Positions 10,869-23,568 of a stretch of 64,000 nucleotides of DNA are shown here, piece by piece. The stretch is from an uncultured delta proteobacterium. GTDB taxonomy: Bacteria > Desulfobacterota > Desulfuromonadia > Desulfuromonadales > JACZKF01. The translations under genes and the position numbers were made by a program. The stretch covers positions 160,001 to 224,000 of the forward strand of contig CAWFKQ010000007.1 in NCBI GenBank assembly GCA_963816395.1. The letters are read 5' to 3'. The notes beneath the pieces are model-generated. The model was not told the origin of the DNA and did not search any database. It saw nothing but the letters and a program-made list of their open reading frames with translations. The first letter of the stretch is position 1. Each line of letters begins with the position of its first letter.

Positions 10869-11909
10869 CTATTTCTCCTTGTTCTTTATCTCAAATTCCT
10901 CCAACAGCTTGCTGATCCGATGAAGTTCCTTGCGCATCTCCGGCAGCTTTGGAAAAGTCATAGCGGCCTTCAACCATTCTTTGTGCGGCATCACCGGAGC
11001 CCCGGAGAGCACCTGCCCCCCCTCGATGTTGTTGCTCACCCCGCCGCGGGCCCCGATGGTCACCTTATCGCCAATGGTGATATGACCGGCGATACCGGCC
11101 TGTCCGCCGAAAGTGCAATGGCGGCCGATTCTGGTACTGCCGGCGATGCCCACCTGAGAGACGATGATAGTGTCCTCGCCGACATCGACGTTATGGGCGA
11201 TCTGCACCAGGTTGTCGACCTTCACCCCCCGGCGAATCCGGGTCACCCCAAGGGTGGCCCGGTCGATGCACGTGGCGGCACCGATTTCCACGTCATCCTC
11301 AACCACCACAATCCCTACCTGCGGGATCTTGAAATACCGTTCACCGTCGGGGGCAAAACCAAAACCGTCGGAACCGATGATCGCCGACGGCTGAACGATC
11401 ACCCGGTCCCCCAGGCAGCAACCCTCCCGTATCACGACCGCGGCGTGCAGAGTGCATTGCTCGCCGATGACGACATCGGCGTAGAGCACCACCCCGGGAT
11501 GAAGGATCGTTCCTTTTCCCAGCCGCACCCGTTCGCCGACCACACACCCGGGGTGGACGGTAATGCCATCGGCGAGCACGGCACTCGGATGCACATGGGC
11601 TCCGGGAAGAATCCCCCGGGGTTCCGGCCGCTGCCCCTTGAAAAAGGTCAGAATCCTGGCAAAAGCCAGGTAGGGATTGGCGCAGACCAGAAGATTATGC
11701 CCGGGTGCAGCCATTCCCGGTGCGACGATAACGGCGGCGGCGCGGGAATCCTGCAGCCGGCCCAGGTACTTCGGGTTGGAGATGAAGGTGATTTCCCCTT
11801 CGCCGGCGGCGTCAATGGGAGCCAGCCCGCGAATCGTCACCTCTCCGTCACCGACGACCTTCCCGCCGACCAGTTCGGCCAGTGCCCTGAGCGTCGCGGC
11901 CACATTCAC
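10869..11909 (-). CDS. lpxD: UDP-3-O-acylglucosamine N-acyltransferase
   Basis: [14 protein letters not shown] and [10 protein letters not shown]. Confidence 0.96.
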   Translation of the reverse strand: MNVAATLRALAELVGGKVVGDGEVTIRGLAPIDAAGEGEITFISNPKYLGRLQDSRAAAVIVAPGMAAPGHNLLVCANPYLAFARILTFFKGQRPEPRGILPGAHVHPSAVLADGITVHPGCVVGERVRLGKGTILHPGVVLYADVVIGEQCTLHAAVVIREGCCLGDRVIVQPSAIIGSDGFGFAPDGERYFKIPQVGIVVVEDDVEIGAATCIDRATLGVTRIRRGVKVDNLVQIAHNVDVGEDTIIVSQVGIAGSTRIGRHCTFGGQAGIAGHITIGDKVTIGARGGVSNNIEGGQVLSGAPVMPHKEWLKAAMTFPKLPEMRKELHRISKLLEEFEIKNKEK

Positions 11910-11912
11910 CTC

Positions 11913-12437
11913 CTACTTGCCGGCAGTTTTCTTTTTGCTGGTGTCGTAGGCCTTGATCACCTGATCGGTGAGATCGATCTTATCATCAGCATAGATAATC
12001 GATCCTTCGTTCTGTTCCAGGACCAGCGTATAGCCTTCCTTCTGACCGATTTCCTTGACCACCTTGAACAGTTCCTCGATAATCTGCTTGGTGTAATCAT
12101 TATCCTTCTGCTGCAGTTCCTCCTGGATGTCCTTGGTGAAGCGCTGGTAATCTTTCACCTTCTGCTGATATTCCCGCTCCTTGGCGGAATGGGCGTCCTC
12201 CGAGAGAACCATGGCCTGCTTGTCCAGCTCATCCTTGAGATTTTTCAGTTCCTTCTGCCTTGCCTCTACCGTACCCTTGTATTCCTGAACCTTCTTGGCG
12301 ATCTTTTCTTTGGCATCCTTGCCCGCCGCGGACAGATTCAGCGCTTTTTGCAGATCGACATAGCCTATCTTATCGGCGGCCAGAGCCGGAGTGGCCAGAA
12401 GCAGGCCGGCCAGAAGCAAAACAACAAGCCGTTTCAT
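11913..12437 (-). CDS. skp: OmpH/Skp periplasmic chaperone
   Basis: Signal peptide, KIGYVDLQK, coiled coil and DLTDQVIK; lies between bamA and lpxD. Confidence 0.92.
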   Translation of the reverse strand: MKRLVVLLLAGLLLATPALAADKIGYVDLQKALNLSAAGKDAKEKIAKKVQEYKGTVEARQKELKNLKDELDKQAMVLSEDAHSAKEREYQQKVKDYQRFTKDIQEELQQKDNDYTKQIIEELFKVVKEIGQKEGYTLVLEQNEGSIIYADDKIDLTDQVIKAYDTSKKKTAGK

Positions 12438-12461
12438 AAACTTCTCCTTGTGCTGTCAGTG

Positions 12462-14750
12462 TTAAAAGAAACTTCCGATGGAAAAATCGAAAGCCGAGTG
12501 GGGTTCCCCTTCCCGTGGATCGAGATTGTAGCCCCATTCCAGACGCAGCGGCCCGAGCGGACTGAACCAGCGGATCCCCCCCCCGACGCTGTAGCGAAGA
12601 TCTGAGAAATATTCCTCTCCCTCTCCCCAGGCATTCCCCGTATCAAAGAAGAAAAGCCCTTTCAGGTTCAATTCCTTGAGCAGCGGAAAGGTATATTCCA
12701 GATTGAAATAGGCTTCCTTGTTGCCGCCGATGAATTCAAAATCCTCACTGGATGTCACGGCGCCCGTAGCTGGGTCGACGACATCCTTCCGAACGCGGAT
12801 GCGCGGTCCGAGCTCGCGCGATTTAAAGCCACGCATGGTGTTGAGCCCACCGAGGAAAAAACGCTCATCGATGGGAATATCTTCCCCGCCGATCCCCCGA
12901 ATATAGCCGAGGTGGCCATGCGCCGAAAAGACCGTGCCCCATTTCAGAGGGAAGAAGTGCCGGTAATCGAGGTTCCCCTGGACGAATTTTTCCGTACCCC
13001 CCAGTCCGGCGACCTCAACCGTTGCCGAGGCAACGGAACCCCGGGTGGGATCGAGGCGGTAATCGGTGGTATCCCGGGTCAGCGTGCTGCTGATGGAAGA
13101 GAGGGTGGAGCTTCCTTCCTGCTCCCGGATAAACAGGGAAGCCGACTCGTCCACATCGAGGATTTTCTTCTCCTCGTAGCGGTAAAGAAAGAAGGCGCGG
13201 GTTTTCTCGGTGACCGGGAAACCGAGCTTGAGATCGCCCCCGAGACTCTTTTTGGTAAAATCGATCCAGTCCCTGTCGGTCTTGTAGAGGTCGAAGCCGA
13301 GGGTGAGATCATGGTCGAGAAACCAGGGGTCGGTCAGGCCCAGCTGGTAGGTCGTGGTGCGGCTGCCCAAAGAGGTGGCGAGATTGAGCTTGAGTGCCCG
13401 GCCGAGGAAATTCGTCTGGCTTACCGAGGCCTGGCCGATGACTCCATCGACAGAGGAATAACCCGCACCGACGCTGAAGGTTCCGGTCGGGCGCTCCTTG
13501 ACGTCCACCTTGACGTCCATGTGCGATTCATCGACCCCCTTGCTGGTTGCAACGTTCACCTCGTCGAAGAAACCCAGGTTGTTGATCTTGCGCCGGCTTT
13601 CCTTGAGCTGGCTGGCGCTGTAGAGATCCCCCTCGACAATCGGCATCTCGCGGCGGATAACTTTGTCGCGCGTTTTGGTGTTGCCGTTGATGCGGATGCG
13701 ATCAATGGTTACCAGAGTCCCCTGCTCGATGTCCAGCATCAGGTTGACTGTCAGTTTTTCGGGATTGACCCGGGTCAGGGGGGAAACGTTGACATAGGCA
13801 TAGCCGCGGTCGGCATACAGGTCGTTGATGGCGAGAATACTCTCGCGCAGCAGCTGACGGTCGAAAATGTCGCCCTGGTGCAGCTTGACCAGGGCCAGAA
13901 TCTCCTCGCGCCCCTTCAACAGATCCCCCTGGACACCCACATCGCCAACCCGGAACTGCTTGCCCTCGTCGATATCGATCAGGATGTCCATCGACTTTTT
14001 ATCTTCGCTGAGGGAAATCTGCGGCTGATGAACTTTTACCTGCACATAACCCTTGTTGTAGTACTGGTCGGCAACAATCTCCAGATCGTTCTGCAAGACC
14101 TGTTCATTATAGGTCCCGCGGCTGGTCAGCCAGGAGAAAATCCAGCGTTCCTTGGTCTCCATCACCTTGCGCAACTGTTTGTCGGTGAAGACCTCGTTGC
14201 CGTTAAAACGGATGTTGCGGACAAGGACCTTCTCCCCCTCCTTGACGTGGAAGGTGAGGGTCCCCTCGTTCTCGCCCTTGACCGCCATTTCCGGCGCCGC
14301 GGTAGCGGCATAATAGCCTTCTTCGAGATAGGCTTTGCGGATTGCGGCAACGGTCGCCTCGACCTGCTGCGGGTTATAGATCTCCGGAGGCTTGAAGGTC
14401 AGGAGCCCGCGCAATTTCTCGTCGGAGAGTTCTTTGTTGCCGGTAAACTCGACCTGGCGCACCAGCGGCTGCTCGGCAACCCGGTAGACCAGCACCGAGA
14501 CACCGTCGCGTTTTTCGATCTCCGCGCTCACGTCGTGGAACTTGCCGAGCCGAAAGATGGCGTGCAGATCCCGGTCGATGGCCTCCTGGCCGACCTCTCC
14601 CGGTTGAGCGGACACTACCGCCCGGATCGCCCCCTGATCGACCCGGTGGTTTCCCTCGATGGCAATTTCATTGATCTTGTAAGTCTGCGCCAGCACTAAG
14701 CCGGGAAACAGCAGAAGCAGCAGAAAACCCAGAACCGCCTTGCGGGCCAT
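12462..14750 (-). CDS. bamA: Outer membrane protein assembly factor BamA
   Basis: POTRA repeats (GNTKTRDKVIRRE), MRGF motif, C-terminal Phe. Confidence 0.95.
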   Translation of the reverse strand: MARKAVLGFLLLLLFPGLVLAQTYKINEIAIEGNHRVDQGAIRAVVSAQPGEVGQEAIDRDLHAIFRLGKFHDVSAEIEKRDGVSVLVYRVAEQPLVRQVEFTGNKELSDEKLRGLLTFKPPEIYNPQQVEATVAAIRKAYLEEGYYAATAAPEMAVKGENEGTLTFHVKEGEKVLVRNIRFNGNEVFTDKQLRKVMETKERWIFSWLTSRGTYNEQVLQNDLEIVADQYYNKGYVQVKVHQPQISLSEDKKSMDILIDIDEGKQFRVGDVGVQGDLLKGREEILALVKLHQGDIFDRQLLRESILAINDLYADRGYAYVNVSPLTRVNPEKLTVNLMLDIEQGTLVTIDRIRINGNTKTRDKVIRREMPIVEGDLYSASQLKESRRKINNLGFFDEVNVATSKGVDESHMDVKVDVKERPTGTFSVGAGYSSVDGVIGQASVSQTNFLGRALKLNLATSLGSRTTTYQLGLTDPWFLDHDLTLGFDLYKTDRDWIDFTKKSLGGDLKLGFPVTEKTRAFFLYRYEEKKILDVDESASLFIREQEGSSTLSSISSTLTRDTTDYRLDPTRGSVASATVEVAGLGGTEKFVQGNLDYRHFFPLKWGTVFSAHGHLGYIRGIGGEDIPIDERFFLGGLNTMRGFKSRELGPRIRVRKDVVDPATGAVTSSEDFEFIGGNKEAYFNLEYTFPLLKELNLKGLFFFDTGNAWGEGEEYFSDLRYSVGGGIRWFSPLGPLRLEWGYNLDPREGEPHSAFDFSIGSFF

Positions 14751-14831
14751 TAATTCTAATCTCCATCCGGATAGCAGTGAAAGTGGGGTATTTTAGACAA
14801 ATACCGGAGGGGGTGTAAACCAAAAAACTTT

Positions 14832-15494
14832 TTAGAGAATACGGCCATCTTCCATGTGCACGATCCGGTCGAGACGGTTCGCCAGCGTCTCACTGTGGGT
14901 AACCACCAGCATGGTTAATCCGTGTCGGCGATGCAGCTCCTGCAGCAGACGGTAGATGGATTCCGAGGTTCGGCTGTCCAGATTGCCGGTCGGCTCATCG
15001 GCCAGCAGCAGGCGCGGGGACATGATCAGCGCCCGGGCAATGGCCACCCGCTGCTGCTCGCCACCGGAGAGTTCCCCGGGTTTATGGTCCAGACGATGCT
15101 CCAGACCCACTTCCCGCAGCAGTTCCGTAGCCCGCCCGGCCGCCTCGCCTCGGCTGCTGCGGGCAATCAGCGAGGGCATCATGACGTTTTCCAGGGCGCT
15201 GAATTCGGGAAGAAGCTGATGAAACTGGAAGACGAAACCAACCGTCCGGTTGCGAAAGGCGTCGAGAGCCGGCCCCCGCAAGGAAAAAAGGTCAGTCCCT
15301 TCGATGAGCACCTGACCGCCGGAGGGCTGGTCGAGGGCACCGAGAATATGCATCAGCGTCGTCTTGCCGGCACCGGAAGCCCCAACCACCGCCAATCGTT
15401 CCCCGAGCCCAACGGCGAGATCGATGCCGCGCAGCACCTCCACCCGCCGCTGACTGGAGTTGAAGCTTTTGGTCAATTGTCTTATTTCGATCAT
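14832..15494 (-). CDS. lolD: Lipoprotein-releasing ABC transporter ATPase
   Basis: [17 protein letters not shown] and ADEPTGNLD. Confidence 0.9.
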   Translation of the reverse strand: MIEIRQLTKSFNSSQRRVEVLRGIDLAVGLGERLAVVGASGAGKTTLMHILGALDQPSGGQVLIEGTDLFSLRGPALDAFRNRTVGFVFQFHQLLPEFSALENVMMPSLIARSSRGEAAGRATELLREVGLEHRLDHKPGELSGGEQQRVAIARALIMSPRLLLADEPTGNLDSRTSESIYRLLQELHRRHGLTMLVVTHSETLANRLDRIVHMEDGRIL

Positions 15495-15520
15495 AAAAAT
15501 CCAGACCGGAGATTATGCAA

Positions 15521-15550
15521 CCTCTTGCCTCTAGCCTCTTGCCCCTTGCC
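15521..15550. repeat. Heptamer array (CCTCTTG/CCTCTAG type)
   Basis: CCTCTTG CCTCTAG CCTCTTG CCCCTTG between lolC/E and lolD. Confidence 0.8.
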
Positions 15551-15555
15551 GGCGT

Positions 15556-16812
15556 TTACTCATAACGCAGCGCTTCCCCCGGGTCCATCCGCGCGGCCCG
15601 CCAGGCGGGATAGACGGTGGCCAGGAGGGAAATGCTCATTGCCACCGCTATAACCGTCAGCACGTCCGATGGGTTGACGACTGAAGGAAACTTGTCCATG
15701 CCATAGACCGCCTGGTCGAAAATCTTGATTTTCAGCATGTGCTCGAGCCCTTTGATGATCGAATCGGCATTTTTGGCCAGCAGCAGGCCGAGCCCTGTCC
15801 CCATGGCGGTGCCGAGGGTGCCGATGACGAGGCCTTCGAGGATAAAAATTTTCATGATGCTGCCGGCATTCGCGCCCATGGAACGAAGAATGGCAATGTC
15901 CTTGTGCTTTTCCATGACAACCATGATCAGGGTGGTGGCGATATTGAAGGCGGCTACCAGGACAATGATCGCCAGAACGATGAACAGACCGAGCTTTTCC
16001 AGGCGAAGAGCGGAGAGGAAAGAGCCGAACAGGTCTTCCCAGGAACGAACCACGAAGGGGAAATCGAGCTGCTGACGCAGTTTGCTGGCAACCGGATTGG
16101 CCTGGTCGTAAGAGTCCACGTCGATGGCGATCCCGGTCACCGCCCCATCGGCGCCGAAGAACTTCTGCGCCTCGGCGAAGGGGATATAGGCGAAATAGGT
16201 ATCCATGAAGCCACCGTGCTGGCGGAAGATACCGACCACCCGGAAGGGCTTCATCTTCGGGATCATGCCGAAAGGGGTGATGGTAAACATCGGCGGGATG
16301 ACATTGATCGAATCACCGACCGCTATCCCCAGGGTGGCGGCGGTGTCCTGGCCGATGATGATCCCGGGCAGGCTCCCCTTCACGGGGTGAAAAAGGAGTG
16401 ACTCAGCCGGCTGATTTTCGATGGTAAGAAATTTCAGGCTGAATATCTTGTCGCCCGGCTGCACCCCCTTGACATTGACTGCCGCCACATTGCGCTGTGA
16501 CAGGAGCATTGCCTCTTTGGAGACGAAAGGGGTCACCGCAGTGATGTGCGGCGAGGCGCTGCGGGCAATATCCACCACCTTCTGGTAGTTTTCGATGTCC
16601 TGCCCATACTTCTGAATCAGGACGTGCGGCACGTTGCCCAGGATCTGCTGCCGTACGCCATCGTGAAAACCCGTCATCACCGCCAGCACGACGATAAGCG
16701 CGGCCACCCCCAGGGTCACTCCGGCGATGGAGATGAAGGAGATGACCGAGATGAAAGTCTGCTTGCGCTTCGCCCGCAGATAGCGCAGGCTGACGAACCA
16801 TTCGTAGGACAT
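15556..16812 (-). CDS. Lipoprotein-releasing ABC transporter permease (LolC/E family)
   Basis: RYLRAKRKQTFISVIS, LGVAALIVVLAVMTGF, DIAILRSMGA and PAWRAA. Confidence 0.92.
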   Translation of the reverse strand: MSYEWFVSLRYLRAKRKQTFISVISFISIAGVTLGVAALIVVLAVMTGFHDGVRQQILGNVPHVLIQKYGQDIENYQKVVDIARSASPHITAVTPFVSKEAMLLSQRNVAAVNVKGVQPGDKIFSLKFLTIENQPAESLLFHPVKGSLPGIIIGQDTAATLGIAVGDSINVIPPMFTITPFGMIPKMKPFRVVGIFRQHGGFMDTYFAYIPFAEAQKFFGADGAVTGIAIDVDSYDQANPVASKLRQQLDFPFVVRSWEDLFGSFLSALRLEKLGLFIVLAIIVLVAAFNIATTLIMVVMEKHKDIAILRSMGANAGSIMKIFILEGLVIGTLGTAMGTGLGLLLAKNADSIIKGLEHMLKIKIFDQAVYGMDKFPSVVNPSDVLTVIAVAMSISLLATVYPAWRAARMDPGEALRYE

Positions 16813-16819
16813 AGAATCC

Positions 16820-16901
16820 AGGCAAGAGGCTGGAGGCTAGAGGCAAGAGGGAATGACTTAAGGGGTTTTCCTCAAGCCGCTAGCCTCGTGCCTCTTGCCT
16901 G
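16820..16901. repeat. Inverted heptamer-array element (AGGCAAG/AGGCTAG type)
   Basis: AGGCAAG AGGCTGG AGGCTAG AGGCAAG, an approximately 19-nt spacer, then CCTCAAG CCGCTAG CCTCGTG CCTCTTG CCT. Confidence 0.85.
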
Positions 16902-16907
16902 CATTTA

Positions 16908-18390
<1,483 letters not shown>

Positions 18391-18498
18391 CAAAACACCT
18401 TTCATCCGGTCTTTTCCGGCTGATAACCTTATACCCGCCTTCCGGGCAAGTCAAGGGCAAAGCCGGCAGCAAGCGGCTTCCCCGGCGCGGTCAAAAGG

Positions 18499-19594
18499 CT
18501 ATCGCCGGCTCAGGAGATAGCTCTCGATAAAGCCATCGAGATCGCCGTCGAGAACAGCGTCCGTATTACCCACCTCGTGACTGGTGCGGTGGTCCTTGAC
18601 CATGCGATAGGGATGCAGGACATAGGAGCGAATCTGACTTCCCCAGCCGATTTCCTTTTTTTCACCGGTAATGGCAGCCGTTTCTTCCTCTTTTTTCCGC
18701 ATTTCCAGTTCGTACAGGCGGGCCTTGAGCTGGCGCATGGCGGTGGCGCGGTTCTTGTGCTGGGAACGTTCGTTCTGACAGGCGACCACGATACCGGTGG
18801 GCACATGAGTAATGCGGATCGCCGATTCGGTTTTGTTGACGTGCTGGCCGCCAGCGCCGCTGGACCGGTAGGTGTCGACCCGCAGGTCCTTCTCGTCGAT
18901 TTCCACCTCTACCTCGTCGGAAAGTTCGGGAAAGACGAAAACCGAAGAAAAGGAGGTATGGCGGCGGGCATTGGAATCGAAAGGGGAGATGCGCACCAGC
19001 CGGTGAATGCCGATTTCTGCCTTCAGGTAGCCATAGGCGTATTCCCCCTCGGCGGTGAAAGTGACCCCTTTGATACCGGCCTCCTCTCCCGGCTGGTAAT
19101 CGGTGATTTCGGTCCTGTACCCTTTCTTCTCGCAGTAGCGAAGATACATGCGCAGCAGCATCTCCGCCCAGTCCTGGGCTTCGGTGCCTCCGGCGCCAGC
19201 ATTGATGCTGACAATGGCATTGTTGGCGTCGTGCTCGCCGGAGAGCATGCGGGCGAATTCCATCTTCGCCACTTTCTGCTCCAGCAATGGCAGCAAATCG
19301 CGGATCTCGGCGAGGGTATCCTCGTCCTCGCCTTCCTCTCCCAATTCGGCCAGAACCCGCAGATCCTCCAGTTCCTGGAAGGCTTCTTCCCAGGACTCGA
19401 CATTTTTCTGCAGGCCGGTACGCTCCCGCAGCAGTTCCTGCGCCCGCTCCCCCTGGTTCCAGAAATCGGGGCGAGCGATCTCCGCCTCCAGCTCGGCAAC
19501 CCTTTCCTTCTTGCCGGCTACGTCAAAGATACCCCCTCAGCTCATCGAGCTTTCCCTTGATATTCTCCAGGACCTCTTTTTCGTCGCGAAACAT
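18499..19594 (-). CDS. prfB: Peptide chain release factor 2 with programmed +1 frameshift
   Basis: MFRDEKEVLENIKGKLDELRGYL then CTT-TGA-C; the +1 frame continues to the SPF and GGQ motifs. Confidence 0.97.
19522..19537 (-). promoter_or_regulatory. prfB autoregulatory +1 frameshift site
   Basis: Minus strand reads AGGGGG-TAT-CTTTGAC: internal Shine-Dalgarno plus slippery codon and stop. Confidence 0.95.
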
Positions 19595-19627
19595 CGTCGA
19601 TCTCCTTATGGCGAAATGAGTGGCGGA

Positions 19628-19936
19628 TTATAGCGGCTGCCGGCGGTTCGGGCAAGGATTCGTTGCCGGCTGCAGTTCGACCAGGGTCGCTCCCCAGCCG
19701 CCGGCCTCCTCACCGGCCAACCGGAAAGAGGCGACCTCGGGACAGCGGCGCAGGATGGCGTGGACTCGACGCTGCAGGACGCCTGTTCCCTTGCCGTGAA
19801 TGATGCGCATCGACAGGATGCCCCTTTCTCGGCAGGCGGCCAGATAGTCCGGGATCAGATCGCCGATTTCGCCTGGCTGGAAGGTGTGCAGGTCGAGGAC
19901 GCCGTCGATGGGGAGAATGAAAGGTTCTTCTTCCAT
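19628..19936 (-). CDS. Smr/MutS2 C-terminal domain protein
   Basis: LDLHTF, IIHGKGTGVL and GGWGATLV. Confidence 0.9.
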   Translation of the reverse strand: MEEEPFILPIDGVLDLHTFQPGEIGDLIPDYLAACRERGILSMRIIHGKGTGVLQRRVHAILRRCPEVASFRLAGEEAGGWGATLVELQPATNPCPNRRQPL

Positions 19937-19949
19937 GGCCCCCTCCTCT

Positions 19950-21475
19950 TTACTTACCGCCGAATCGCCGGCGAGTGCATGCCAGCCAGAGCAGACCGAC
20001 GGCAATGAAGGCGGCGGGGAAGACGTCGCCGATGCGGTTATACAGGGTTGATCGGGCACCGAGACCGACTTTACCGGTAAGAGCCGTGGCTTCGAACAGC
20101 GGGGTACGAGCGAGAATGCGCCCGGCCGGAGTAATGAAGGCGCTCACCCCAGTGTTGGCGGCGCGGGCGACCCACACCCGGTTTTCCACCGCCCGGAAAC
20201 GGGTCATCGCCAGAAGCTGGTAGGGAGCAGAGGAGCGTCCGAACCAGGCGTCGTTGGTAATGTTGACCAGCAGGTCGCTGCCTCGCCGCACGTAATCGCG
20301 GGCCAGTTCCGGGAAGATCCCTTCGTAACAGACCAGAACCCCGGCGTTGGCGCCGTCCATCGGCAACGGGCTGACTGTGCCGGGGGAGAAATCGCCGATA
20401 CCCACAGCCAATTTATTGACGAAGGGGAGGAAACGGCCGAAGGGGACATATTCCCCAAAGGGCACCAGATGCACTTTGTCGCTGCGTCCAAGCAGACGGC
20501 CGTCGGCGCCAAGGAGAAATGCGCTGTCCAGATACTCTGTGCGCCGGTTTATCCGCTCGTAGGCGGGGCTGCCGAAGAGCAGGAAAGCACCGGCACGACG
20601 GGGAATTGCAGCCACTTCCGCCTGCAGGAGGCTGGGATCCTGGAAGTAAAAGGGAGTGGCGCTCTCCGGCCACACCACCAGATCGAGATTTTTCCCGGTC
20701 GGCCGCCGCCCGAGTCAGCTTACTGTAGATCTCGATAGTGGCCTGCCGGAAGGCGGGATCCCACTTTTTCGCCTGATCGATGTTGCCCTGGACCAGTGCC
20801 ACCTTCAGCGTCTTCTCCCGGCTCGTCCAGGTCCTGCTGCAGGCGGAAATGACCGTAAACCAGATTGGCGAGAAAAAGAATGGCGGCTATCACCACCCCT
20901 TTCCACGGTAGTGAACCGACTTCCCGCCGCCAGAGCCAGCGGAGCGCCCCGGCCAGGGCAGCATTGGCCATGACGATCAGGTAGCTCAGTCCATAGACGC
21001 CGAACAGGTCGGCCGACTGAATCAGCAGCGGATGACTCTGCTGGGAATAGCCGAGCAGCCCCCAGGGAAAACCGGTGAGGAGAAATGAGCGGGCAAACTC
21101 CAGGGCGACCCAGAGGACCGGCAAGGTCAGGACGATGGAAAGACCGAGTTTCTCGCGCAGACGGCAGGCAGCCCACGTGGCGGCACCGAAGAAAAGGGAG
21201 AGATAGCCGACCAGCAGCAGGTAGGCTATGACAGAAAACACCGGGTTCATCCGCCCGTAGGTGGTCATGACGATGTTCAGCCAGTACAGCACCAGGCCAA
21301 AGAAGCCGATTCCGGCGGCAAAACCGCTGCCGAAGGGTCTGCGGGGCATGACCAGGAACACCGGGACCAGGGCGAACCATGCCAGGCTCGCCACATCCGG
21401 GCGGGGAAAGGCGAGGGCCAGGAGCAGACCGGCAAAAAATGACCAGAGGATACTCCGGTCGGGCAGGTACCGCAT
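19950..21475 (-). CDS. lnt: Apolipoprotein N-acyltransferase (two apparent frameshifts, near 20810 and 20690)
   Basis: [36 protein letters not shown] and TNDAWFG spread across three frames. Confidence 0.92.
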
Positions 21476-21480
21476 CGGAC

Positions 21481-22356
21481 TCAGTTCTCGCTTTCCAAAG
21501 CCGGAACAGTGCGGCGAATTCGGACCTTGCGGATTTTGCGGGGATCACTTTCCATTACCGTCAGCAGCAACTCGCCATCGCGGATCTCTTCGCCTTCCGC
21601 GGGGACGTGCCCGAACAGGTTGAACAGGTAGCCGCCAACGGTATCAAATTTTTCGCGGGGAATGGTGATGTTGAAGTGTTCTTCCACTTCCTCGATATTC
21701 AACCGGCCGTCGACCAGAAGACTGCCGTCCTCCTCCTGCTGCAACCAGACTTCCTCGAGGTCGTATTCATCCTGAATATCGCCGACGATCTCCTCGATCA
21801 GATCCTCGATGGTGATCAGGCCGGAAGTGCCGCCGTATTCGTCGATGGCAATCGCCATATGCACCCGCTTGGTGCGGAATTCCTGAAGGAGTTCCTCAAT
21901 ATTCTTCGTTTCCGGCACAAAATAGGGGGTACGCATGACGCGGGGAACTTCCACCTCCTCCGGCGGCCGCCCCCAGAACCGCAGGAGATCCTTGGCGTAG
22001 ATCACCCCGACGATACGGTCATTCGAGCCCTCGTAAATGGGGATGCGGGAATGCCCCGAGGAGATTATGGCCTCCAGAATCTGGTTCAAGGTGGCACTGG
22101 TCGGGCAGGATACCATGCCGGTGCGGGGAACCATTACCTCCCGGACAATGGTCTCGCCGAACTCGAAGATGGAATGGAGCATTTCCCCTTCCCCTTCGTT
22201 GATGATTCCCTCCTCCTCCGATTCCAGGATCACCGCCTGCAGTTCCTTCTCGGTCAGAACCCGCCGGCGGCCGAAAAAAATCCGTCGCAATACCTCCGTC
22301 CAGGATGGCAATCGGCCGTTGATCCGGCCGTTGGTACTGTTACTCTCGTCTTCCAA
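21481..22356 (-). CDS. corC: CorC/HlyC CBS-domain protein
   Basis: VREVMVPR, GHSRIP, DEYGGTSGLITIEDLIEEIVG and a C-terminal CorC domain. Confidence 0.85.
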   Translation of the reverse strand: MEDESNSTNGRINGRLPSWTEVLRRIFFGRRRVLTEKELQAVILESEEEGIINEGEGEMLHSIFEFGETIVREVMVPRTGMVSCPTSATLNQILEAIISSGHSRIPIYEGSNDRIVGVIYAKDLLRFWGRPPEEVEVPRVMRTPYFVPETKNIEELLQEFRTKRVHMAIAIDEYGGTSGLITIEDLIEEIVGDIQDEYDLEEVWLQQEEDGSLLVDGRLNIEEVEEHFNITIPREKFDTVGGYLFNLFGHVPAEGEEIRDGELLLTVMESDPRKIRKVRIRRTVPALESEN

Positions 22357-22389
22357 GACCCCTTTCCTCCTTACGTCGGTTTTTAGAAG

Positions 22390-23113
22390 CTAATTGTACG
22401 CAAAAACAAGATAGATCGCCAGTGTCACACCCGCTCCCAGCAGGGCACCCGCGATCACTTCCCGCAGGGTATGGATTTTCAACAGCAGGCGACTGTGGCT
22501 GACCATCGCCGCCATGGCGACGATCAGCAGGCATAAGCAGCGGCGGCACATTGGACAGGACAATGCTGGTGGCAATGGAGAAGGCCACCGCCGAGTGCCC
22601 GCTCGGCATGCCGCCATGCAGGGGCGCCCCCTGGCCGAACCGGGCCTTGAGGAGAACCACCAGGATGATAACGGTCAACCCGGAGACAACTGAAAGCTCT
22701 CCCGGCGGAGGCTGTGCCAAGGCGCCGAAGGTCGCCTCCAGTCGGGGCAGGATGCGGGGCGACAGGGCCAGGTAACCGATCAGCACCGCCCCGATGCTGG
22801 ACACCAGGACCGCCCCGGCGGCCACATCCTTGGCCCTTTGCGCCAGGGGATGAAACTCGGGGGAAACCAGATCGACAATCACTTCCAGAGAGGTGTTGAT
22901 CAGTTCGGCGAACAAAACCAGAGTGACGGCGAAGGTCAGGAGGATAAACTCAAGGGCGGTGATCCGGAAAAGAAGCGCCAGCAGCAAAACCGCCACCGCG
23001 GCGATGAAATGCCAGCGCATATGCCGCTGGGACCGGGCGGTCCAGAGGATCCCCTCGATGGCACAGTTGACGCTCTCCAGCCAAGTGCCGGGTTTGAGTT
23101 TTCTGGTGGTCAC
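22390..23113 (-). CDS. Diacylglycerol/undecaprenol kinase fused to a PAP2 domain (apparent frameshift near 22535)
   Basis: AELINTSLE and AKDVAAGAV (DgkA), then GGMPSGHS and SRLLLKIHTLREV (PAP2) in a second frame. Confidence 0.85.
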
Positions 23114-23568
23114 GGTGACGGAAATTCTTGTCGGATCAGGGCGAAAATCTCCTCCTCTTTCGCCTCCATGCGCCGGGCTTCCGCTTCGGTTCCCCGTTCG
23201 TGATCATAGCCGAGCAGGTGCAAGATGCCATGCAGGAGGAGAAAATGCAGTTCGTCGCCAAAGGATATGCCGGCCTCGGCAGCATCGCGGGCAGCGGTAT
23301 CGGCGGAAACCACCACATCCCCCAGCATCTTCGGCTGAAGGCCAGCGCCGGCTCCTTCCTGCATGGGAAAGGAAATCACGTTGGTTGGGCGGTCGCGCTG
23401 CAGCCAGTCACGGTTGAGGGCGCGCATTTCTTCGTCATCGACAATGACCACCGACAGTTCGCCGTCAGGACATCCCGAGGCGCTTAAGATCCTCCGTGCC
23501 ACTTTTCGCAGGTTCAGCAACCGGATCTTTTGTCGTTTTTGCCGGTTCTCGATATAGATCCTCGACAT
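23110..23568 (-). CDS. ybeY: rRNA maturation RNase YbeY
   Basis: DRPTNVISF, LGDVVVS and HGILHLLGYDH. Confidence 0.95.
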   Translation of the reverse strand: MSRIYIENRQKRQKIRLLNLRKVARRILSASGCPDGELSVVIVDDEEMRALNRDWLQRDRPTNVISFPMQEGAGAGLQPKMLGDVVVSADTAARDAAEAGISFGDELHFLLLHGILHLLGYDHERGTEAEARRMEAKEEEIFALIRQEFPSP

